A DNA stretch of 64,000 bases from Fluviicola sp. (GTDB lineage Bacteria > Bacteroidota > Bacteroidia > Flavobacteriales_D > Crocinitomicaceae). The stretch lies in contig JAYSRF010000108.1 of NCBI GenBank assembly GCA_043721195.1, positions 21,341 through 85,340 of the forward strand, written 5' to 3'. Position numbers and translations under genes: made by a program. Below, piece by piece: positions 9,627 through 17,828 of this stretch (its first letter is position 1; every line of letters starts with the position of its first letter). The notes beneath the pieces were generated by a model. The model did no database searches, was not told where the DNA came from, and saw nothing but the letters and a program-made list of their open reading frames with translations.

Positions 9627-9944
9627 TTATTTTGATTTGTCCTTTTTCCAGTTTATTGGGGTTGGCATTCTGTTTTTCAAGTCGTCATTCATACTTCTTA
9701 AAGCTCTAAGATATAGCCTTTCTTCGTCATTCTCTAACAATAGGAACTCAACACTAGTTTCTAAAGCTTCACTGATCTTAAAAAGAGTTTTAATCGTTGG
9801 ATTAGTTCGCCCAGATTCAATCCTTCTTAGTGCAGAATCTTCTATACCAACTAAAGCAGCTAGTTCTATTTGTTTGACACCCTTTTGATTACGTATGGAC
9901 TGAATAGTTTTTCCAATTCTTTTTATGTATTCATCCTCGTTCAT
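9627..9944 (-). CDS. XRE-family (HTH_3) transcriptional regulator, IS passenger
   Basis: IGKTIQSIRNQKGVKQIELAALVGIEDSALRRIESGRTNPTIKTLFKISEAL. Confidence 0.9.
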   Translation of the reverse strand: MNEDEYIKRIGKTIQSIRNQKGVKQIELAALVGIEDSALRRIESGRTNPTIKTLFKISEALETSVEFLLLENDEERLYLRALRSMNDDLKNRMPTPINWKKDKSK

Positions 9945-10073
9945 TCAGTGAAGTTATTGCGAGAGGTAAATTATTTTCAGAACATTTATGATCGGTTTGT
10001 GTTTTTCTCTTATATTTACCCCTTAAACAAAAATTATGTCATGAAAAAACTAGTCTTATTCACTGCTATAAAT

Positions 10074-10238
10074 ATGAAAACTAGATTAATTATCGGATCA
10101 GTTATTCTAATCTCTTTATCTGCTTGCTCTAGTGGAACATCTGACTGTATTCAAGGTATGATGAATCAAGGCTACTCTTATGAAGAAGCAAAAGAAGGGT
10201 GTGAAGAAGCTCAAATAGAAGGACAACTACAAGATTGA
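10074..10238 (+). CDS. Small lipoprotein, IS passenger (alternative start 10041)
   Basis: MKTRLIIGSVILISLSAC lipobox; two further Cys in the mature part; track start 9870 overlaps XRE and is unlikely. Confidence 0.6.
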   Translation: MKTRLIIGSVILISLSACSSGTSDCIQGMMNQGYSYEEAKEGCEEAQIEGQLQD

Positions 10239-10789
10239 AGATTATGAAAACATCAATATTTGCAATTATGCTCACATTATGTTCTATTCTGCATGGACAA
10301 AATGATTACTATTTTGGATATCAAGAAGGTTTTAAGTATGGCTGTTCTTGTAATGATCTTCCACCTAAAAATGTTGCCTATGTTCAGGGAAATTGGGACT
10401 CTGGGTATTTGGATGGAAAGATAGACGGACTAAAATACGTTTCCTCGTCAACAAAACAAAGTACTCAATCACCACAAAAAACTACCACTCAACAACCACC
10501 TTTATACACGCCTGATTATGAACTAATAGAAAAAGTCTTAGCTGAAAAACAGCGAGTATATAACGAGCGTGTAGTTGATATACAAAATAGGATGAACCTT
10601 ATTTTTCAGCTTGTCACCCAAATTAGAGCTAAAAAGGGTAGTTTAACACAACCTCAATCTAACTATATATCCTCTTATAATACTCAGGTTAGCTTGTTTA
10701 GCGGTTGGGATTTTTCTGTTTACCAGAACTACTCCAACGTAGTAGAGTACCTAAATAAAATACAAGCTGAGATAATAACTTGGGCTTAA
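10235..10789 (+). CDS. Exported hypothetical protein, IS passenger
   Basis: Signal peptide (KTSIFAIMLTLCSILHGQ); GYQEGFKYG / GYLDGKIDG repeats; Ser/Thr/Gln linker; helical C-terminal domain. Confidence 0.7.
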   Translation: MKIMKTSIFAIMLTLCSILHGQNDYYFGYQEGFKYGCSCNDLPPKNVAYVQGNWDSGYLDGKIDGLKYVSSSTKQSTQSPQKTTTQQPPLYTPDYELIEKVLAEKQRVYNERVVDIQNRMNLIFQLVTQIRAKKGSLTQPQSNYISSYNTQVSLFSGWDFSVYQNYSNVVEYLNKIQAEIITWA

Positions 10790-10965
10790 ACTACTATATT
10801 CACAAACAAAAACCATTATGATAGTAAAAGCAATTCACTCTAAAAAAGAGATGAAAGTATATCACAATAATAACAAGTGTACTGAGAGAAATAATATTGA
10901 GAAAGAAAACATAGTACAAGGAGAGGGGGGATTGAAAATTTGTTCCAAGTGTAAAAAATTGAATT

Positions 10966-11244
10966 CTAATAAATAACAATTTCATTCACTGGGGTAAACC
11001 AGTTAGTGCCAATTATTTTTCCTGTGATACTATCATTGTTTTCCCAAACATCTTGTTTGTCATAAACACGTCTCACCTCAGAAACTTTTATTTTGTATAA
11101 AATGAATAACTCGTAAACTCTAATTAAATCGAATTCACTACCATAGAATTGAATAACAAGTTCCTCTAAACCAAGAACTGTTTGTTCATAATGTTGAATA
11201 TGTTTGAATCCGTGATTTTCTAGTATTTCTAAATATTTTTCCAT
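10966..11244 (-). CDS. Hypothetical protein, IS passenger
   Basis: 92-aa ATG ORF starting just inside the right TIR. Confidence 0.5.
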   Translation of the reverse strand: MEKYLEILENHGFKHIQHYEQTVLGLEELVIQFYGSEFDLIRVYELFILYKIKVSEVRRVYDKQDVWENNDSITGKIIGTNWFTPVNEIVIY

Positions 11245-11278
11245 CTAACTTTTGGTTTATTAAATCAATTTAAGCACA

Positions 11279-11299
11279 TGCTTTTAAGGTATAAGTGCC
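11279..11299 (-). repeat. Right terminal inverted repeat of the IS1595 element
   Basis: TGCTTTTAAGGTATAAGTGCC, immediately followed by the target duplication ATTTTTAA. Confidence 0.9.
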
Positions 11300-11315
11300 A
11301 TTTTTAAAAGTAAAC

Positions 11316-11774
11316 ATGAAAAAATTACTAGTAGTAGCTGGAATGTTCGCAGGTTTCACGTATGTTTCTTTGGCTCAAGTTCAAGAAAAGAAGGAAGAAA
11401 CTCCTAAAAAGGAAGTAGAACAAATAGAGAAAAAAAAAGGTGAGCACCACGGTGAAGGTGAACATAAAGAGCAAGGTGAAGAGAAAGAACATACTGGAAA
11501 GGGTGGTCAGAATGGATCAGGTGAACATACTGGAAAAGGTGAACATCATGGCGAAGGTGAGCATAAAGAGCACGGCGAAGAGAAAGAACATACGGAAAAA
11601 GGTGAACACCACGGTGAAGGCGAACATAAAGAGCAAGTAGAAAAGGAAAAAAAACTCGAGAAAGGAAAATCGAATCAGCCGTCAACTGAAAAAGGGAAGA
11701 GTGCTGAAAACAACCAAAAGGGTAAAACAGCAGCTGCCAAAAAAGGAACAAATAAGAAAAAGTCACGCAAATAA
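11316..11774 (+). CDS. Exported His/Glu/Gly-rich repeat protein
   Basis: Start ATG 11316 (MKKLLVVAG...SLAQ signal peptide); three KGEHHGEGEHKE repeats; Lys-rich tail; track GTG start lies in the IS TIR. Confidence 0.8.
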   Translation: MKKLLVVAGMFAGFTYVSLAQVQEKKEETPKKEVEQIEKKKGEHHGEGEHKEQGEEKEHTGKGGQNGSGEHTGKGEHHGEGEHKEHGEEKEHTEKGEHHGEGEHKEQVEKEKKLEKGKSNQPSTEKGKSAENNQKGKTAAAKKGTNKKKSRK

Positions 11775-11781
11775 TAAAAAT

Positions 11782-11944
11782 GGGGCTGTCTAAAAGGTAT
11801 CATCATTGAGTCAACCTTTGAGGTGGATTAAAAATTGATAAAATTCAAGGTGTTGAGGATGAGGTGTTTGGAGTTTACATAAGTAAATGACCAACGTCGA
11901 TTTCCGAAAATAACGCAGTAGTTTATTACTTTTTAAACACCTTC
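11782..11944. repeat. Imperfect palindromic intergenic element (REP/MITE-like)
   Basis: Arms GAGGTGGATTAAAAATTGATAAA (from 11820) and TTTATTACTTTTTAAACACCTTC (to 11944) are imperfectly complementary; central TTTAC-ATAA-GTAAA hairpin; preceded by GGGGCTGTCTAAAAGGT...ACCTTTG. Confidence 0.5.
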
Positions 11945-12024
11945 ATTTTACTTTTTCTAGGATTTACCCCATCAAAATCAACCTTTCCTAGCGAATCCGT
12001 CTGAAAATCTGCATTTTTGTCTCA

Positions 12025-13095
12025 ATGAAACAACAACGCGTAGCTTTAGTAGAATTTGCTGGTTCACATGACGAATGTTTACTCACCCAAATGGAGGCGC
12101 TTCATGCAGTTGGAGTAGAAATCATATTGGTTACCAATCAGCGTTTATTAGACCGCAACCCTGCCTGGAAAGCATATTTTAGAACTGTCTATTTTGTTGA
12201 ACCAACTGGAAAAGCCATTGGCGATTGGCGATTGATGCGACAATTGGTGCAATTTCTAAAGGAACAACAAGTTACCAAAGTCGTCTTTAATACCGCGCAA
12301 GGTGGACATATTCGCAACCTAGCGCTGTTAATGCCAAAACAAATCCAGTGCTACGGTATTATTCACACCATTCGCAAATTTCAAGGAAGTTTTACGCAGA
12401 AAATCATTCATCGAGCAATTAAAAAATACGTGGTGCTAAGTGACGATTTGTTGGAAAGAATTGTTCCACCAAAAGGAATCAACGTAGGAAGTTTTTATCC
12501 CATTTCATTTCCTCAAAGTACTTCCACCAGTGAAAAACCAGAGGGACAAATCTGGATTACCATTATAGGTGGTGTTGAAAATAGACGAAAGGATCTTCAT
12601 TCAGTTATTGATTTTATAACGAATACACCTCAACACATTCAGTTTGTTTTTCTGGGTAAAACAGATTTGCAACACCCAGATGCACAAGCATTTTTAGCAA
12701 CAATTGTTTTCGAAGGTTTAAGTGAACGAATTCGCTATTACACCGAATTTGTAGATCAAACAACATTTGATGGTGTTCTCAAGCAAACTGATTTTCTGTT
12801 GCCACTCATTCATCCTCATACACCAAGTGCCGATCAATACATCAATAATCAGATTTCAGGATCGTTTACCGTAGCGTTTGGTTATCATATTCCATTATTG
12901 ATTCATGAAGCCTATCAAACGGAGGAAGATCTTCGGGTCAGTGCACATTTTTATCAATTGAACACTTTTTCAAAACAATTGACCGCTGCAATCAGTGATC
13001 ATACTGCTCTTGTTCGTCGGATTGCCCAAGAAGAAAAATGGACAAAATCGTATCAATATGCCAATTACGTGTCTTTTTTGGATATTGGCTCGTAA
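12025..13095 (+). CDS. GT-B fold glycosyltransferase-like protein
   Basis: ITIIGGVENRRKD, QFVFLGK, DFLLPLIH...ISGSFTVAFGYHIPLL pattern resembles the nucleotide-sugar-binding domain. Confidence 0.6.
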   Translation: MKQQRVALVEFAGSHDECLLTQMEALHAVGVEIILVTNQRLLDRNPAWKAYFRTVYFVEPTGKAIGDWRLMRQLVQFLKEQQVTKVVFNTAQGGHIRNLALLMPKQIQCYGIIHTIRKFQGSFTQKIIHRAIKKYVVLSDDLLERIVPPKGINVGSFYPISFPQSTSTSEKPEGQIWITIIGGVENRRKDLHSVIDFITNTPQHIQFVFLGKTDLQHPDAQAFLATIVFEGLSERIRYYTEFVDQTTFDGVLKQTDFLLPLIHPHTPSADQYINNQISGSFTVAFGYHIPLLIHEAYQTEEDLRVSAHFYQLNTFSKQLTAAISDHTALVRRIAQEEKWTKSYQYANYVSFLDIGS

Positions 13096-13103
13096 TGCAT
13101 TCT

Positions 13104-13130
13104 GTAGGCTCGAAATGCATTCCGAGCCTA
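13104..13130. repeat. GTAG-type REP palindrome
   Basis: GTAGGCTCG-AAATGCATTC-CGAGCCTA between convergent genes; preceded by a partial copy GGCTCGTAATGCATTC. Confidence 0.8.
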
Positions 13131-14252
13131 TACAATAAACAAATCAGCCGCAATCGCGTCGGCCAATAAACGCCCTTCTTGTGTTAAGATTAAATGCGAA
13201 TCGGTTTCAATTAATTTACCCGAATTTTTCCATTGATCGAGTGATTGTTGCCAATTTTCAGGCAGTTGAAGACACCCCAATAATGCGTTTTTTGAAACAC
13301 CCCATTTTGTGCGCAGACCAATCAATATTAATTCATTGAAACGATCATTTGCAGATAAAGATTCAATGGTTTCAGGCAAATTTCCTTCTTCAATCGCTTT
13401 CATGTAGTGTTGATTATTCGCTACGTTCCAATAGCGATTGTTGCCATCAAAACCATGAGCAGAAGGACCAATTGCAACATATTTTTTACCAAACCAATAA
13501 GCTGTATTGTGTTGTGAATACTGTTCGTTTCGCGCAAAATTAGAAATTTCGTATTGCTCATAACCAGCTGTTGCAAGTGTGGTTACTAATAATTCAAACT
13601 GTTCTGATTGTTGATCAGCATTGGACGGATGAATAGCACCCGCCTTCACCCATTTTGCTAAAGGCGTTCGTTCTTCGATGGTTAAACAATACGCTGAAAT
13701 ATGATCGACATCCAAAGCGATTACCTGTTCTAATTGCAACAACCATTGTTGAGCAGATAAATCAGGTAAACCATACATTAAATCCACAGTCAAGGCGTTA
13801 AAGCCAACTTTTTTTGCGCGTTTTACGGCTTCTAAACCTTCGTTGGCAGAATGTGTACGGTTCATCCAACTCAACTGTCCGTCGGTAAATGATTGAATTC
13901 CAATGCTTAATCTGTTGACCCCAAGTGTTTTCCAACTTTCCAAATTCACTTCTGTGCAATCATCAGGATTACATTCCAGCGTTATCTCTTTTGAATGATC
14001 AGTAGTATAGTTGATTTCAACAGCCGCTAGCATTCTTTTTAACTCGTTTTTGGTCAATAAACTAGGAGTTCCACCACCAAAATAAATGGTTTCAACCGTT
14101 TCAGTTTGCCAATTGATTGCCCGTATTTCGATTTCTCGAATCAATGCAGCAATCATTCGTTCGCGATAGACCTCAAACGTTGTCGAAAAATGAAAATCGC
14201 AATACGAACATTGCTTCGCACAAAAAGGAATATGAATATAAATACCAGCCAT
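13128..14252 (-). CDS. hemW: Radical SAM heme chaperone HemW (HemN-like)
   Basis: GIYIHIPFCAKQCSYCDF (CxxxCxxC), YFGGGTPS, RLSIGIQSF, YEISNFA. Confidence 0.92.
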   Translation of the reverse strand: MAGIYIHIPFCAKQCSYCDFHFSTTFEVYRERMIAALIREIEIRAINWQTETVETIYFGGGTPSLLTKNELKRMLAAVEINYTTDHSKEITLECNPDDCTEVNLESWKTLGVNRLSIGIQSFTDGQLSWMNRTHSANEGLEAVKRAKKVGFNALTVDLMYGLPDLSAQQWLLQLEQVIALDVDHISAYCLTIEERTPLAKWVKAGAIHPSNADQQSEQFELLVTTLATAGYEQYEISNFARNEQYSQHNTAYWFGKKYVAIGPSAHGFDGNNRYWNVANNQHYMKAIEEGNLPETIESLSANDRFNELILIGLRTKWGVSKNALLGCLQLPENWQQSLDQWKNSGKLIETDSHLILTQEGRLLADAIAADLFIV

Positions 14253-14369
14253 TCACGCGAAATTAATCCAATTACAGCAATAAATAAGAATTCCTATAAT
14301 TTGCTATCAAATGTTAAAAAAGCCTCTAAACTTTGTTTGCTCAATTGAATCAACTACTTTTCTATCATC

Positions 14370-14720
14370 ATGGGATTTAAAGAACAACAAGCGGCCATAC
14401 AACGAGAGCTCGATCGATTTATTGATCTGTTGGGTGTGATGTTGCCACGCTATTCCAAATTATTGAAACGTCATAACCTCAGTGACCCAGAATTACATGA
14501 ATTAGGTGAAATCGAACACTTTTTAATTGGGGTAAACGGACGTATTTCAGAGATTCAACGCTTGCTTGAAGAAGATGTTTTCGGCAATTCGCTTGATTAT
14601 TATTACAAGTTGAAACGTCAATCGTTAAAAGGCGACGAAAATGCAACACGCAAAATGAATAAATTACGTGAAACTTTTAATGAATCCTTGCAATCTGGAA
14701 CATTGATTCATTGGAATTAA
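14370..14720 (+). CDS. Hypothetical helical protein
   Basis: 116-aa ATG ORF filling the intergenic space; no motif. Confidence 0.7.
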   Translation: MGFKEQQAAIQRELDRFIDLLGVMLPRYSKLLKRHNLSDPELHELGEIEHFLIGVNGRISEIQRLLEEDVFGNSLDYYYKLKRQSLKGDENATRKMNKLRETFNESLQSGTLIHWN

Positions 14721-14767
14721 TTCCGTTTTGTGCATGTTAATCCAATCAATAAAACACTAGAATTTCA

Positions 14768-15607
14768 TTGAAAATTGTCAATAAAGCACTTGTCATTCAA
14801 GGCGGTGGATTTAGAACTGCTTTTAGCGCAGGCGTTTTAGACGCTTTTTTATTAGCGAATTACAATCCGTTTGATGTCTACGTTGCTGTTTCTGGTGGAG
14901 CGAATGCCTTGTCCTATTATTTGGGTAATCAACATGGAAAGTGTATTGATTCTATTTACGAACTGCTGATAGATACACAGCCAAATGTTGGTCGTCTAAT
15001 TCGCACGAGAACCATTCTCAACGTTGACTTTTTCCATGAAATTGCGTCATCCATTGTTCCGCTAGATTTGGAAGCAATAGGGAAAAATCATAGCAATAAG
15101 AAGATCCGATTTGTGATGACAAATTTGGAAACAGGTAAACCCTTCTATTTTGAACCCGCACAACACAATTGGGTGGATGGATTGATTGCATCATGCACAT
15201 TACCTTTTGTTACTAAGGGAAAACACGTGATCGAAGGAATGGAATTTATGGATGGAAGTTGGAGTGATCCATTGCCAGTAGAATGGGCTATAGCGAATGG
15301 TGCAACAGAAGTTTTGATGATTCGGACCACACCCATGTATCAAAAGGAAAAACAATCCATCCCAGATTGGTTAGGGGAAAAATATCACCGAAAAAACAGT
15401 GTATTAAAGACCATTTTTGCGAATAATCATACGATTTTTAATGCTATAATTGATTTTCTAGCGTCGAATCCCACAGATGTGTCCATTCACCAAATTGCCC
15501 CAGAAAAATCATTGTCAACAGGTTCAATAGCCCCAACAAAAAAAGCCATTCAACAGGATTATGAATATGGTTTGCGTTTGGGGAATGAATATTTAAAAAT
15601 ATTGTAG
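14768..15607 (+). CDS. Patatin-like phospholipase family protein
   Basis: Gly-rich LVIQGGGFRTAFSAGVLD, nucleophile elbow AVSGGA, DGSWSDPLP. Confidence 0.85.
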   Translation: MKIVNKALVIQGGGFRTAFSAGVLDAFLLANYNPFDVYVAVSGGANALSYYLGNQHGKCIDSIYELLIDTQPNVGRLIRTRTILNVDFFHEIASSIVPLDLEAIGKNHSNKKIRFVMTNLETGKPFYFEPAQHNWVDGLIASCTLPFVTKGKHVIEGMEFMDGSWSDPLPVEWAIANGATEVLMIRTTPMYQKEKQSIPDWLGEKYHRKNSVLKTIFANNHTIFNAIIDFLASNPTDVSIHQIAPEKSLSTGSIAPTKKAIQQDYEYGLRLGNEYLKIL

Positions 15608-15738
15608 GCACGCGATTCATCGCATGCCTACAATATAATTATTCCGTATCGATAAAATAACGTAGGCTCGGGATGCCGTAAATAATGTAGGCTCGGGATG
15701 CATCCCGAGCCTACAACGATTATATTCCGTACCTACAA
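15604..15738. repeat. Cluster of GTAG-type REP palindromes (REPIN-like)
   Basis: GTAGGCACGCGATTCATCGCATGCCTAC (15604-15631), half copy GTAGGCTCGGGATGC (15662), perfect 28-bp palindrome GTAGGCTCGGGATGCATCCCGAGCCTAC (15687-15714), trailing CCTACAAC. Confidence 0.85.
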
Positions 15739-15762
15739 CAATTAAATTGTTGTTTTTTTAAA

Positions 15763-16968
15763 TTATAGTTTCGACAAATCAGGCATTTCACGTGTAAATG
15801 CTGGAATACCTGTTACATCCATACCTGTAATCAACAAATGAATATCATGTGTTCCTTCATAGGTCAATACCGATTCTAAATTGGCCATGTGACGCATCAT
15901 CGAATATTCGCTGGTAATTCCCATTCCACCGTGAATTTGACGTGCTTCGCGAGCAATATCCAAGGCAATTTCCACATTATTGCGTTTAATCATAGAAATG
16001 TGAGAAGAAGTTGCTTTGCCTTCGTTACGTAATTGTCCTACACGTAAAGTAATGAACTGCGCTTTAGTGATTTCGGTAATCATGTCAGCTAATTTCTTTT
16101 GCGTCAATTGGAAAGCACCAATTGGAACACCAAATTGGGTGCGTTGCAAAGAATAACGCAGTGCTTGATCATAACAATCCATAGCTGCACCTAGCGCTCC
16201 CCAAGCAATTCCGAAACGAGCAGAATCTAGGCAACTTAAAGGTGCGCCCAAACCACTACGTCCAGGAAGTAAATTTTCTTTCGGAACTTTTACATTTACG
16301 AAAATCAATTCACCTGTTGCAGAAGCGCGTAAAGATAATTTTCCGTGCATTTCTGGAGTCGAGAATCCTTCCATGCCACGTTCCACGATCATTCCATGAA
16401 TACGACCAGTTTCGTCTTTTGCCCAAACAACAGCGATATCAGCAAATGGAGCATTTGAAATCCACATTTTGGCACCATTCAACAAGTAATGGTCACCCAT
16501 ATCTTTAAAATTACTTGTCATTCCACTTGGATTAGATCCATGATCAGGTTCTGTTAATCCAAAACAGCCCATCATTTCACCAGTTGCCAATTTGGGCAAG
16601 TATTTCATTTTTTGTTCTTCCGAACCATATTTCCAGATTGGATACATGACCAATGAACTTTGTACCGAAGCCGTTGAACGCAAACCAGAATCACAACGCT
16701 CCAATTCCTGCATAATCAAACCATAAGAAATCTGATCCAAACCTGGACCACCATATTCTTCAGGAATATAAGGACCAAATGCACCAATTTCACCCAATCC
16801 TTTTAACAAGTGCATTGGAAATGTTGCTTTTTCGTAATGTTCATCAATTATTGGAGAAACCTCCTTTTTCACCCACGCACGAGCAGTATCACGCACTAAT
16901 TTTTGTTCATCTGTGAGTAATTCATCCATGTTCAAGTAGTCTGGATGTGTGTATAAATCAGTTCTCAT
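15763..16968 (-). CDS. gcdH: Acyl-CoA dehydrogenase (glutaryl-CoA dehydrogenase-like)
   Basis: GCFGLTEPDHGSNP, LNGAKMWISNAP, ARQIHGGMGI, LTYEGTHDIH. Confidence 0.85.
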   Translation of the reverse strand: MRTDLYTHPDYLNMDELLTDEQKLVRDTARAWVKKEVSPIIDEHYEKATFPMHLLKGLGEIGAFGPYIPEEYGGPGLDQISYGLIMQELERCDSGLRSTASVQSSLVMYPIWKYGSEEQKMKYLPKLATGEMMGCFGLTEPDHGSNPSGMTSNFKDMGDHYLLNGAKMWISNAPFADIAVVWAKDETGRIHGMIVERGMEGFSTPEMHGKLSLRASATGELIFVNVKVPKENLLPGRSGLGAPLSCLDSARFGIAWGALGAAMDCYDQALRYSLQRTQFGVPIGAFQLTQKKLADMITEITKAQFITLRVGQLRNEGKATSSHISMIKRNNVEIALDIAREARQIHGGMGITSEYSMMRHMANLESVLTYEGTHDIHLLITGMDVTGIPAFTREMPDLSKL

Positions 16969-16995
16969 CAGTTATTTGTTTACAATTTAACAGTG

Positions 16996-17003
16996 CAAAG
17001 ATA
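16996..17003 (-). promoter_or_regulatory. -7 promoter element for the acyl-CoA dehydrogenase
   Basis: TATCTTTG on the minus strand, 28 nt upstream of the start. Confidence 0.65.
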
Positions 17004-17054
17004 GTCATAAAGGCGGAATCCATGAAAATTGAACTCATGTGATTAAAGAAACAC

Positions 17055-17062
17055 TAACTTTG
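17055..17062 (+). promoter_or_regulatory. -7 promoter element for the DUF4271/hemD genes
   Basis: TAACTTTG, divergent from the previous promoter. Confidence 0.65.
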
Positions 17063-17090
17063 TATTTGCTTTACGTACATATCTTCGTCC

Positions 17091-17798
17091 ATGTCAGCAT
17101 TTATGACTTTACAAAATGACTTGCCTGAGCACTTGATTCCTAGAACTACATCGGAATCGGTGCTGGTTTTGGTATTGTTTGTAGTTTGCATTTTGTTCAT
17201 TGCTATTGGTCGATACCGAGAAAAATACGTTTTTGTTTACCTCGCACAAGCAGTTTTTTTCTTAAAGCCATTAGAAGAATTGGCACGTGAGCAATACAAA
17301 GCCAGATCTGCTACCTCCCTTTTATTTATTCTCCAGTTTTTCTTAATATCAGCTGGTGCAGTATATTGGTTGTTTTTTCTACGGACACCGCTTAGTAATT
17401 GGAATCAATTGCTCGTACCCTTATTCGTTCCCGCCATTTATTTTATTTACCAATTTATAATCAGCAATCTAGCAGCTAGAATTACTGGTCAAGCTTCGGT
17501 GGTTTTAGAGTTAAATTACTTTACCTTAGTGTTAACTCAATTGTTTGGTTTATTATTTTTACTTGAATTCTTTGTAAGTTACTTTCAACCTGCTTTTGTC
17601 ACAAAGAGTACTTGGTTGCTGGCTTTCACCTACATTGCCTATCTCATCATTCGTTTTTTTCGCGGATTTTGGATAGTTCTCAATCAAGGCGTGCCTTGGT
17701 ATTACATTATTTTGTACTTTTGGACGCTTGAAATTCTGCCCTTACTGATCGTTGCGAAACTACTGTATTATGAAGAATTTCAAACTTGGATTGGTTGA
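17091..17798 (+). CDS. DUF4271-like membrane protein
   Basis: Multiple TM segments; C-terminal YIILYFWTLEILP; typical position upstream of hemD in Bacteroidota. Confidence 0.75.
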   Translation: MSAFMTLQNDLPEHLIPRTTSESVLVLVLFVVCILFIAIGRYREKYVFVYLAQAVFFLKPLEELAREQYKARSATSLLFILQFFLISAGAVYWLFFLRTPLSNWNQLLVPLFVPAIYFIYQFIISNLAARITGQASVVLELNYFTLVLTQLFGLLFLLEFFVSYFQPAFVTKSTWLLAFTYIAYLIIRFFRGFWIVLNQGVPWYYIILYFWTLEILPLLIVAKLLYYEEFQTWIG

Positions 17799-17828
17799 TT
17801 GTTTAACACTAAAAAATTACTTTAAACC

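Larger units (their letters stand above)
7187..11299. mobile_element. IS1595-family transporter IS (tIS) with passenger genes, 4,113 bp
   Basis: Terminal inverted repeats GGCACTTATACC (12/12; 18/21 extended), perfect 8-bp direct repeat ATTTTTAA at 7179-7186 and 11300-11307, internal IS1595 transposase. Confidence 0.93.

Noticed and set aside
10800-10985. 61-aa hydrophobic minus-strand ORF inside the IS
   Set aside because: AT-rich sequence readily yields Phe/Ile/Leu-rich frames; no motif; too weak to call, though a small membrane peptide cannot be excluded
11436-15738. Repeats checked as possible CRISPR arrays (His-rich repeats, REP clusters)
   Set aside because: No regular repeat-spacer periodicity with unique spacers and no cas genes; the repeats are coding or palindromic REP type
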